Assembly (NCBI GenBank): GCA_002633005.1
Contig: NMRA01000075.1
Span: 1,039,872-1,103,871 of the forward strand
Reading direction: 5' to 3'
Origin: Phoronis australis
Taxonomy: Eukaryota > Animalia > Phoronida
DNA: 64,000 bases
The position numbers and the translations under genes were made by a program. Positions 40,701 to 52,700 of the stretch are shown here, one piece after another; within the stretch, counting starts at the first letter, position 1; the number at the start of each line of letters is the position of its first letter. The notes under the pieces were generated by a model. The model was given only the letters and a program-made list of their open reading frames with translations, did no database searches and was not told the DNA's origin.

Positions 40701-43700
40701 GCGCTGTTTCTAGAGAATGTGGTATGCTTCATGCAGTGGCGGGTGTTGACTGTTTTGACTTAGTTTTGTGAAACTCACAAAAAATCGAGTCATGAAATAA
40801 AGCAAGTGCTTGTTTTCTATAGTTATAGTGTGGTCAGAATGCAGTTCAGAAAGTGCTCTTTTTGACTCAATATCTTTTTTATTTCATGTTAATTTGAAGT
40901 TGGCCATTTTGACCCATCTGTGTAGCTTTCAGTACAATTGTATTGAGGAATGGACTCTCCAATATTCCGTCATTATCTATCTCCTGCTGCAGTCTCATTG
41001 TGATCTATCAGAAGATGCCTCCCACTTCGTGTCACCTATGGTTGTCACTGCTCATTTATATGCGCTAACTACGAAGCGATACTGAAGCTAATTTATAGTG
41101 AAACAACATGTGAGGGTGAAATAAAAGGTCATATATATTATGACAAACTAAACTACTACAGATATGGATAATTACAAAAGTTATGTACTATACTGAGCTG
41201 TAAAGGTGGGTAAGAATCTGCCACAGATGCAGCAGAAGGATGCATCCGCCCACCCATTTGTCACTGTTTATTTATTCAGCCACCACTAGCCAACTGCAGT
41301 CTCAACGTGTTCTGTCTGAAGACGCCTCCCACTACCTGCTCATCAAGAAGGTCAACTCACAGAGCCCAATGGACGCCATAGCAGGGGAGGTGGTGTCACC
41401 CTACTTCAGAGACAGTAAAAGACAGGAAGTACTAACACTCTCAGGTAATATACCTGTGTGAAAGCTGATCTGAGCCCTATGTACATGTTGGTACTACTCA
41501 TTTTTAAGTTTTCTATTTTCAATTTTAACCCTACCGTTGACCTTTCTGATTTTGACTGTGTAAGACTTGAGATCAACTGTTGCTAGTTACAAACACCAGC
41601 CATACAGAAGTGGATAACTTAGTTTTACATGTAATGAAAGTAAAATAAAGAAGGATGTAATGTAAGTCATGTGAACCAAAGTGGATTTTATGCACCATAA
41701 AACGGATTCACATTAACTGAGTTTCTAACCTTGATTAATGTTGACATTTTTCGTTGTGGTTGAAACAGTAATTCCAGGTATGAATCTTACAGGTATTAAG
41801 AAAGACAGAACAGAGTGTCAACACATATCTGAACCAGAGGGACTGATCCAGCATAAAGTAACAGATAATACAGATCAGTGGAGGAACGGAGAATGTGTCC
41901 AAAATAACTACAAACAAAGTAATGCTACGGTGAAACAAGTCGTGGCAGATTGTGACTCAGTTTATGCAACACTATTGAAAGGTCAGAGTTCAAGTGGGGG
42001 GAATAATTCCTTTCTTGAAGGTGGGTTTATCATAGAGAATGAGGCGGAGGTAGAGACTGGTGTTAGCAGAAATGAACGTTGTTTGCTGGAGAGTGTTGTC
42101 AGGGTTGAGAACAGTGAGGAGTATGGTGTTGGTAAGGCAAAGAAAGAAAGAGGACCTGCTGCGTGCTGGGAAGGTGGAGTTACTAAAGACATTGGAGCTG
42201 TGGTGGATAAAGAGCAGATTGGGACATGTGCTGCAGAACTGTGTCATGACACTACAGAAGACGTCCGTGTTAAGAACATTGACTTTAGAGCTGTAGAGGT
42301 ACTTAGCACTGACTCTAGAACTGGAGAAGTACAGAACATGGACTTAACTGCTGCAGAAGTACATGGCACTGATTCTGATGTAGAAGTTGTTAATGGAGAG
42401 TATGGGCCACTGAGGGGAGACGATACCAATGTGGTGGCTGAAGAAGATGTTACAGTTGTCACTAAGGTGGTGTTATCTGAGAGTGAAGAGGAAGAGAGTG
42501 TAATTACAGAGGGAGTGTGTGACCAGCACTTTGACAAGGTGGCTACTGTGCTCTCACAACATGGTGACATTGGTTCAGGTATATACACGTGATGATCAGT
42601 TGTCAATGTGCAGTTGTCAGTGATAGCAGATTGATAGAAAAGCTGAACAGAAGTTATTGAACTGTTTGATTTTCTGTCAACATGTTTTTTGAAATTGTTG
42701 TGTCTCTTGAAACTTTCTATTACAAGTTCATGTAGACGTGCTTTTCACAGGTTCATTAGGTTCGTGTACATGGGCTATTCACTGGATCATGTAGACTGTA
42801 AACGTGATATTCACAGGTTCATGCAGACTGTTTTTCCCTTTTAAGGCCGTGATATCCATAGTGACTTGCTGGAAGTCACAATAGAGCCAAGCAATATACA
42901 ACAGGATGAATTGTTCCCTGCGAGTATTTTTGAAGCAAGCAATGATATTCAACCCAGTGTACACAGTCCAAGCCAGAGTACAGCACAATCCACCATGGTA
43001 CAGTCTTCCTCAGAAGAAGGTGACACTCGCTGTGACATCAGTGAAAGACCAGCTCTGTCGGAGTTCATTGGCCTGTCACAGGTAATTTTGTGGTTTACAC
43101 ACATGACTGCATTTAACCATTAAGTGGACTTCATTAAAAAGCCCATGTGATCAGTGCACAGTAATCCTTGTGATTATTAAATGTCTTCGTATTGCAGTCT
43201 GATCTCGAAGCATTGTCGGTTGAAATTGGTGCAGAGCGTAGGACTCTTCAACAAGAGAGGGGCCGGTTAGAGAGGATGGCTATGACTATAACTGACCAAA
43301 TGTATGCTGACTCTCAGGTAAATTTTTGGACACATTTGTATAATGATGTTATCAAGTTACAAATCTTCTGAGCTTTGATACTACTATGCTGAGCTTCTAT
43401 GACACTTAATTTAGTTAAAGAGAGAGGGGCAGTCATGTAGATTGTTGAGATTCCTCTGAATCCTGCTCTGTTTGTTCCATTCACATGTCCTCATAAAAGA
43501 TCACAGTTTAGCCGTTGTTTAGTCTTGCAAATAACTCTAACGCAATATGCCTCTGGTGATTAACATGAATGTGTAGTTAAAAGACTCACTGTTCTTGAGG
43601 TAGCCATGAACGTTACTGATGAAATGTCTACACTGTACAACTTTGCTGATGTAGATTCCTCTTTTATTGACAGTAAACTGCGGACTACGGGATTTTGTTG

Positions 43701-46700
43701 GGTGTTAAAGATGTTTTAAAGTTTTCATTTCTTGTAATGAATGTTGCAATGTAAAAGTGCTTCTTTCACGACGTTTCATCTCAAAACGGTCTCATTTTGA
43801 TATTTCGTAAAGAAAATATGCCAACCTGTCACGAAATGGCGTGCAAATCATAAGGAAAATTTTGAGATTGGCATTGGCAAACATGTTTATTCTGACCTAG
43901 ATGTGTTGCTAGATCACCTGATGCTTAGTCTGACCTAACTCAGTTGCACATATGTCATGTTTGCGAGGTTATGTTTTTGTGAACAGGCATCACAACACTG
44001 ATTATTTACATTTCATATGTTCATTAATTAGTAGAATTTATGGAATTTCATATTTGGGCTAATAGAGTTATGTTCTGTGGCAAGTAAAATTAAGTACATA
44101 GCGTAAAGTATGCAGAAAATAAATAGATGGAAGTCATTGATAGTCTTTAACCCTTCTCCTGCTGTGGACGACTTCACTGATTAAGCTGTGTGCTGTGGGC
44201 AAGTGTACTCCCCCATTACTATCATTTTATCGTAATTATGAGCTTCTCTTTGACTGATTGCATTTTCTAAATATAACTAAAATCTGAGCCCTTAATTCCA
44301 GGAAAATAAATAAGGACTTAGTCCTTTAGTTAGGAGCGTTGCATGAAAAGATCCCTAGTTATTTTTAACTATAGTGAGAATTCAACGTAGAGTTTACTCT
44401 CGTTTTCTACCAAAATTTGACTTCGCAATGAAACTAAAATAGCATAAGAAAGGACAATCAGTGTTTTTACTAGTCCACAAATACGCAATAGATTTAGGAA
44501 AGTCATTTGAGTCCCTATTTTGGACTGTTTCATGCCACCAGGCACTGGCTTTCCATTGGACGTGTGTGTCAAGCCTTCTTCTATTCTTATACTTCTAGGA
44601 ACTGCTGAAGCTCTTTGGCATTCCATTCGTGGTGAGCCCATCTGAAGCAGAGGCTCAGTGTGCCCAGCTAGACTTAGCGGGACTCACTGACGGCAGTATT
44701 ACTGATGACAGTGACATTTGGCTGTTTGGTGGTCGTAATGTTTACAGGAGCTTCTTCAACAAGGACAAAAGAGTCAAGTACTACAGACTGTCAGACATTG
44801 AGCAGCATTTTGGTGAGTTGAAGCTAGCTGGTCATTCTCATTAGACCTATACTTACTAAGCCTGCAAATCTTTGCATTAGATACATGTTAAGCAAGATAC
44901 CTTCATGGACACAAGCATTTGTCCCACCTTAAAGTTAGCTAGATGGCACGACGCTTATGCTTGAGCAGTGTAATATATTGAGAGTTGAATATAGGACTGC
45001 CAGCTCTTATGCATTTACATGAGGTATTGCGCGTGCTTTTAGGGTACAATACTATTTTTGTGTGGGCTTTGAATAGCTATTGATTTCAAGCATTTATTTG
45101 TCTTTAAAATAATCAGTTGCATAAACTGTGTAATATCACCTGAAATTCACAAACATTTTAAGTCTGGTCTCTACGGCACCTAATGAACATAAGTCTGAAA
45201 AGATTTCTGCCCCCAACCGAGACTTGAACCCAGGACTTTCTGCTAACTGTGTAGATGCTCTAGCCACTGAGCCATAGGGACCGCTTGTCAAACATAGAAA
45301 TCCAATCAGATTTAATAGTGGGCATCCCGCTCATAAACTTAAGAGTGTATACATACATGCATACATTCATGCATACATACATGCATACTTGCATACATGC
45401 AAACATACATACGTCCATACATAGATACATACGGACATATGTATATATTTGTATGTATCTATATGTATGTTTGCGTGTGTGCGTGCATATGTGCGTGAAT
45501 ATTGAACCGGCATGGAAATATAGAATCCTGCTCAGGAAGCCGTGAGTGTATATTATATGTATATACATGTGTAAATCTTGAACCGGTGTGGAAATAAAGA
45601 TCACAAGCATTTTAAGTCTGGATTCCTGTTTGACCGGTGGTCCTGATAGCTCAGTGGCTAGTGCATCTGTTTGGTTTGCATAAGGTCCTGGGTTCGAGTC
45701 TCTACTGGTTCTGTGGTCTGAATGTAGTTTGTCTGTGTTACAGGATTGGACAGACGCCGTTTCATCAGTGTCGCTCTCGTTTCTGGCTGTGACTACACTG
45801 AGGGTATATTTAATGCAGGGCCGGTGACTGCCATGGAAATACTGAGCGAGTTTTCACACCCGGATGGTCTGCAGTCTATCAAGTTGTTCAGGTAACCATC
45901 TGCACCTTTGTTGTAGGGAATGGATTCTTCCATTCAGTGTATATGATCACTGTGTACAAGTATTTCAAGACATTCTGACCTTGTGACCTTGTGCGTAAAT
46001 ATGATACTATCCTACAAAGTGATATAGCACATTTTTGGTGCTGATCCGTTGGGTGTCTGTAACGGTTTGGAGCACTGATTGGTTACTGCATTTCTATAAT
46101 GGAGTATTCTCAATCATCAGACATTACCGGGGTGGATTGAATAAATTTTGATTGTGGGCTGAAATCAAATGCTTTGTTCAACAATGGCAATTCGATGCAT
46201 GATAATGTGTCGTTATTACAGTCCAGCGTATACATTTATGCAACAGAGGCCAGATCGAGATGTGAGAGGTACACAATACTAACTTGGAGTATTGTAATTG
46301 TATGTTACAGATAAGGATATAAGTTACAGCTGTTCTATTGAAATATGTGTGGGAGGGGGAGGTACTTTTATTTCGTATGTACCGACCATATTTTTCTTTT
46401 CTTTCTCCAACCCACCACCCATAATTTTAAATTTGGTAGAAATATAAAATGCAACCACTCACAATTTTTATGCGCCCACATATTTATATGTGGACGCATT
46501 ATGCCGTCATCTCCGTCCGTCCGGGCGGCGTCCGGCGTCTGGCGTCCGGCGTCCGCTGCTCTATCTCCAAAACCCTTTGACATACGTTCATGAAATTTGG
46601 CACATATGTTCCATTCATGAATGGGACGGCATGTGCGAACTTTCGGACGGATCCGACTACCGGTGTGCCCCCTAGTGGCAATTTTAGTTTTTTACGCTTA

Positions 46701-49700
46701 CCTTTGTATCTTCAAAAGTCCTGAACGGATTTTCATGAAATTTGGTATGTAGGCACCTAGTAGTGAGATGACGCTATCCTGCCGTTTTCGGATGGATTCG
46801 ACATAGTTTGCGCCACCTAGTGGCCATTTTTACTGTTTTCGAGTCTGTTTTTGTGCTTCCACCCCTCTATCAACCAAACCGCTCAAAGGATGATTGTGAA
46901 AATTGGCATGTATGTGCTTACTATGTAGAGGACGGTTGACGATGATTTTCCGACGATTTCGACTACTGTGGCGCCTCCTAGTGGCAGTTTTGTTTTTTTG
47001 CGCCTATGGCTGTATCTCCTAAACCGTTTGCAGGATCTTTACGAAATTGTGTAAGTATATTTATATGATGTTAACAACGGAAGATGACGACTTTTGGACG
47101 GATCCGACTACCGGTGTGCCCCCTAGTGGCAATTTTAATTTTTTTACGCTTACCTTTGTATCTTCACAAGTCCTTATTGGATTTTCATGAAATTTGGTAT
47201 GTAGGCACCTATTAGTGAGATGACGCTATCCTCCCGTTTTCAGATGGATTCGACATAGTTTGCGCCACCTAGTGGCCATTTTTAGTGTTTTCGAGTCTGT
47301 TTTTGTGCGTCCACCCCTCTATCAACCAAACCGCTCAAAGGATGATTGTGAAAATTGGCATGTATATGCTTACTATGTAGAGGATGGTTGACGATGATTT
47401 TCCGACGATTTCGACTACTGTGGCGCCTCCTAGTGGCAGTTTTGTTTTTTTGCGCCTATGGCTGTATCTCCTAAACCGTTCGCAGGATCTTTACAAATTG
47501 TGTAAGTATATTTATATGATGTTAACAACGGAAGATGACGACTTTTGGTCGGATCCGACTACCGGTGTGCCCCCTAGTGGCAATTTTAGTTTTTTACGCT
47601 TACCTTTGTATCTTCAAAAGTATTGAACGGATTTTCATGAAATTTGGTATGTAGGCACCTATTAGTGAGATGACGCTATCCTACTGTTTTCAGATGGATT
47701 CGACGTAGTTTGCGCCACCTAGTGGCCATTTTTACTGTTTTCGAGTCTGTATTTTTGCGTCCACCCCTCTATCAACCAAACCGCTCAAAGGATGATTGTG
47801 AAAATTGGCGTGTATGTGCTTACTATAAGGAAGACAGCTGACAATGATTTTCAGACGATTTGGACTACTGTGGCGCCTCCTAGTGGCAGTTTTGTTTTTT
47901 TGCGCCCATGGCTGTATCTCCCAAACCGTTTGCAGGATCTTTACTAAATTTAGCAAGTGTATTTATGTGATGTTGACAACGGACGATGACGACTTTAGGA
48001 TGATTCTGATTACCGGTATGCCTCTAGTGGCAATTTTAGTATTTGCCTCTAGTGGCAATTTTAGTATTTTACATTGACCTCTGTATTTTCATAGGTCTTC
48101 AGGTGTATACTTTGTGTTACTTCGTGACTATGAAGGAAAAGTTCCAAGTAGAAATTTGTTTCTGGCATTCTAATGCTGTGCTAATCTCGTATGTTGGTAA
48201 ATTTGTTTTTAATTCTATGTTTCTGTGGTGCTTTAAGCAACTGATGTATAGGATGTGCTTGTATTATGAAGATCACTCACATTTTGCCCCTAGCCTATTG
48301 AGGAGATAATGACCATGCCTTTTCATTCTGCAAAGTACAACATACTACATATATGCCCTCTACTGGCCACTTTATGGTACCAATAAACAACCCTAGAAGG
48401 ATACCGTATGCGGTGCAATTGTGGGCGCATTTCAACGCTCTGCGTTGCTCTTGTTTAAAATTATGCTTGAATTGTACATGGTAATGTTCATGTTAGGTTT
48501 TATTCTGTTTAGATGTTTTTGGTCTTCAGTGTTTCATGTGCTGACAATAGTCCAGTAGACACAACATCAGCTCCTTCCCAGGCAAGGAATAAATATTCGT
48601 ACATGCATTCCAGGGAATAGAGATTAATTAACGAGAATGTTGGTATGTGCCCTTCGTGTGCATTGCAAATGGCAGTACTAGGAGTGCTCATTATTTCAAA
48701 ATTTCTACAAGAGGGGGCAACACCTGTAAACAAATTGCCTCTAGGTCACACATCATCAGCTGTATGTAAATGATCGATGGACAAGAATTAGCTGTCTTGT
48801 TGAATGTTGTCGAAAACTAAAGTGGTCAAGAGTGTGGTTGAATTAACACGAAAATTGACTGCTGTCAGCTCATCCATCCCAGCCATATATCTTTGAGCCA
48901 AATTTCATCCTGTTGTGCCTGCATCCTGTCTCGTCAAAAAGTAAAATGGCCAACAGGGGGTGCTACAGTACCCAAATGTGTCTGAAAATCAACTTGTGCC
49001 TACGCATCCCCGTCATCTATCTCTGTCATCATTTTAAGCTGTTTCAACGTAGTAGACAGACAAGGAATGACTTGAGTAGTCGAAAACTAACGGGGTGCCA
49101 CAGTAGTTGAATTTGTCCAAAAATTGACTGGTGCCGACGCATTCTCGCCATATACCTCTGTATCGAATTTCATCGTTTTTGAGATAATTGATGCACAAGG
49201 AATGGCATGTTGAAAGCTTAAACAGCCAACAAGGGTTACCACGGTAGCCATATCCTTCCAAAAATCTACTAGTGCCGGCACATCCCCGGCTAGTACCTCT
49301 ATGCCAAATTTCATCGTGATCTGCCAAGCTGTTCTTGAGATAATTGAAGGACAAGAAATGATAACAACAGGCGGACAGACAGATGTACGAATGGACCGGA
49401 TGTCAACCACATGTGCCCAAAAGTCATGTCAGTCACCAGAAACTAGCACATACTTTTTATTAAAAAATTCATCAGATTTCTTAGATGTGTTAATACCGGA
49501 CTGTTGCAGTAATTTTCATTCTAATATGGCCTGTGCCTGCAATCTGGTTGCCCGTGACTTGAGTAATGGCGTAGTGTACATATTGCTCACTGTACACTAG
49601 CAACATGGGCTTGTCTTGTTTTTGAAAAATTTTGTGTATGAGCGAAATGAATTTCTGGTGAGTTTTGAAGTTTTTACAGGTGACATTGAGATGGGTGCTT

Positions 49701-52700
49701 AGCTGAAAATACCCACCTGGCAACATTTAGGGGACAAAAAGCACCACCCAGTTTTAACAACTTATCTCTTTCAAGAAGGACCACCTATAATTTATATTTC
49801 CTTCAGAAGGCAACCACCCATTAATTTTCCTTTCAACTACCTCGAAAAGCAGAAGTTGCTCTTTATGTTTCGGAGGAACGTAAATTGTCAACATTGCCGG
49901 GGCATCTGGGATAGCGTGGAGGGATTTTTAATGGCGTCTCGTGTTATTGTAAACCGCAGGGATACGGCTCTGCAGCCAAAAATGTGTGGTTTGGGAGTGG
50001 ACGGACGACCTAAAAGGACGCAGACGCATGCTACTGATGGCGGTAATGTTTTTTTTTTTAGTCCTCCCAATTATTGTCGGGGGAAAGGTTCACATCGACC
50101 ATTTCAAGGCTGGGTAGTGCGCATGATTTGGGCCGTAAAAATTTCCGCGTTTTTTGACATTGGTCATTCCAAGCCCTGATTCTAGAAATATGTTTGTGCA
50201 CAGTTAAATGCACTTCAGAAACATTTGTTCCAGCTTGGAACCACCATGTAAGTGTGATGTGTTGATGCACCTTTACTACAACGAGTGCATCAAAGGAGGA
50301 GTGTTGTGGTTCCAACATTATAAGCATTGAAACAACTGAGTCAGGCCGATTTGGAGGCTCCTGGGCAATACTTAAGTTGTGCATACTACTGGTATAGTTA
50401 TAGCTATGTATATCTTATTTAATGTCAGGGAATGGTGGGATGAATGTCAGAAGCAGTTGAAGATACCTCAAGAGACGAAGATCAAATCAAAGTTGCGACA
50501 ATTGGATTTGAGAGAAGGTAGTTGGGTTAGTTATGTCTTGACTACACTGGCAAACTCAACCAAAGACTGCCGAACTGTGTGGTCATGTTAGCTAATGTAT
50601 CAACACGGAAAACTTTTGTTTGGTTGAGTTTGCAAATAGTATGTTTGTTAGTGTAGACTGCACTGAATATATGTTCATCCAGTACAATGAATCATTTTAA
50701 GATATACAAATTCAGTTTCATTTTTCATGACATAATATGCTAACTCATTGTTAAGAATCATTTATGATTACTAAATGTGATGAGTCGTAACATTGTATGC
50801 AGTATGAGGAATTATGAGATATACACACTCAGTATGATGAATCAATCCAAAAGCACTCGAGTGTACATTGTACAATCCATTCTGTTTCTTTATTTTGCAA
50901 GATGATAGTTTTTGCTTCCATAGATGACTTCAGGTTGTTTCTATTTAGTAAATACTATTTTTGTGAAATTTTGAGTAGAATCGACCAAGAACATTTTAAA
51001 ACCTTGTTGGAAAGCTTTCAGTGCATTTGGTGTTCAGCTGCATAACCATTACAGGTTTCCCTAACCCAGCTGTTGTGGAGGCGTTCTTGAATCCCAGTGT
51101 TGATGAGTCAAATGATGCATTCAGCTGGGGACAGCCTGATCTACAACTCATCAGAGAGTATCCTTACTTTACGCTGCTTTTACCTCTACTTTGGAACTGC
51201 TTTCTTTTATGTCTTCAATTGTTTTTCAGTGTCAGTATGTTAACTGCAGTTTCAGTCTATACATTGTTCATATTCCAATACACAGACTATGTGACCTCGC
51301 TCCTACGCTGTTCACCTTCCATTCCACAGAATATCTGTTATGCCCCTTTAAGCATTCACGCGTTTTCAGACTTTGCTGAAATAAGTGCCCATCCCATGAA
51401 CATGTACATGTACCTACAGTTCTAAAATTCTACAGTAATGTCTCCAATTTATCAACATGATCCAGGAGTCCTGAAAAAATCATTGTGGGTGTAATTTCTA
51501 GACCGCCATCCTCGCTGCTATGTCAGTATTTAGCCGTGACTACAAACTTCTGCCGTGCTTCAAAAAGAACGCAAGTATTGCTGATCTTGCGAGGAACGTG
51601 TCCCACTATGGTCTGGTGTTTCAGAACTGCGTACTATGGCATTGAATGTTTCATGTACAAAAAGTTGTTTCATTATTGAGAGGAATTGTTTTATTAATCA
51701 CAACAAGATTCCAAATTTCTTAGGACACTTGAAGACGGCGAATTGATGCGATTGTCTCAAAGCACGTGGCCACGAAGTGGGTGCTACATTCCTGTCATCG
51801 CAGACTTTAGTCTTTGGGAATCATCCATTCATGAAACAACGGGTAGCATAGCATCGGCAATAAATATTGGCATAAATTTCTAATACTGTAAAAAGCTCTT
51901 ACATTATTTTTAAGAAGAATTAAAATAATGATTGGTGCTTTTAAAGTCAAATATTTGACTAAATAAGTCACTGATAGTGAACAGCTCCGCACCCTTATAT
52001 CCGGAAACGTAAATATCTGTCAAACTGTCACGCATCCTGTTACCTAGCGACTCAATCATTAGTATATACGGCCTTACCGAGACAATCTAAAAAATTTTTG
52101 TAGTAGATGAAACCAGCAGGTGCTAAATAAAACACATTCTGCTTTACTGTTTATGTTAAAGGAGAATGCCACCAAAAAACAACCTATTTTGTATCAATTT
52201 AGATCAACATAGTTCTACTCGATAATGGCATGTTCGGTTGCGTTACCTGACACCTGATGGCAGACGGAGGTGTTGAAATTATATACAGACAGAAGAACTT
52301 AGATCTGTGTTGTTTGTACTTGTGATTTTTTTTAGGTCAAAACACAAAACGCTCATCCCAGCCAGTGGCTCGGAACCCGATCACTAGGCCCGGCATCGCG
52401 GCCGGCTGACTCGTTATCCCTGCCAGTGGGTGGAACCTGATCTGGCCTGTTGCGGCCGCCGGGACTGGCACGAACATCAATCAGCTTGAGTTGGAAACTA
52501 AACCTCCAGTCACGAAAAGACTATAATATTGAGCCAAAGAAATAATGTGCACGTAGTAATTTATGTGAATTAGCCACGAAACTGAAAATATACTTACTGC
52601 TCAGGGGAAGTGAACTGAAGTCGAGTTCCCCTTCCACAGACTGTCGGGGCAAAGGTTGTACAGTAACAATGATTTGAATAATATATTTGTATTTCTAAAT

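Noticed and set aside
42589-42646. C/D-box snoRNA candidate (GTGATGA...CTGA)
   Set aside because: Only 10 nt from the 5' splice site, short, no terminal stem and no recognisable guide.
45260-45610. ORFs rich in H/T/Y/M/V/C
   Set aside because: Translations of the (TACA)n/(TG)n microsatellite.
45639-45702. Functional tRNA gene (also 45209-45282 and 3594-3665)
   Set aside because: A and B boxes are present but acceptor and anticodon stems are broken; treated as tRNA-derived repeat heads.
46649-48060. CRISPR-like regularly spaced repeats
   Set aside because: The spacers are themselves repeated with ~451-bp periodicity, the context is a eukaryotic intron, and there are no cas genes.
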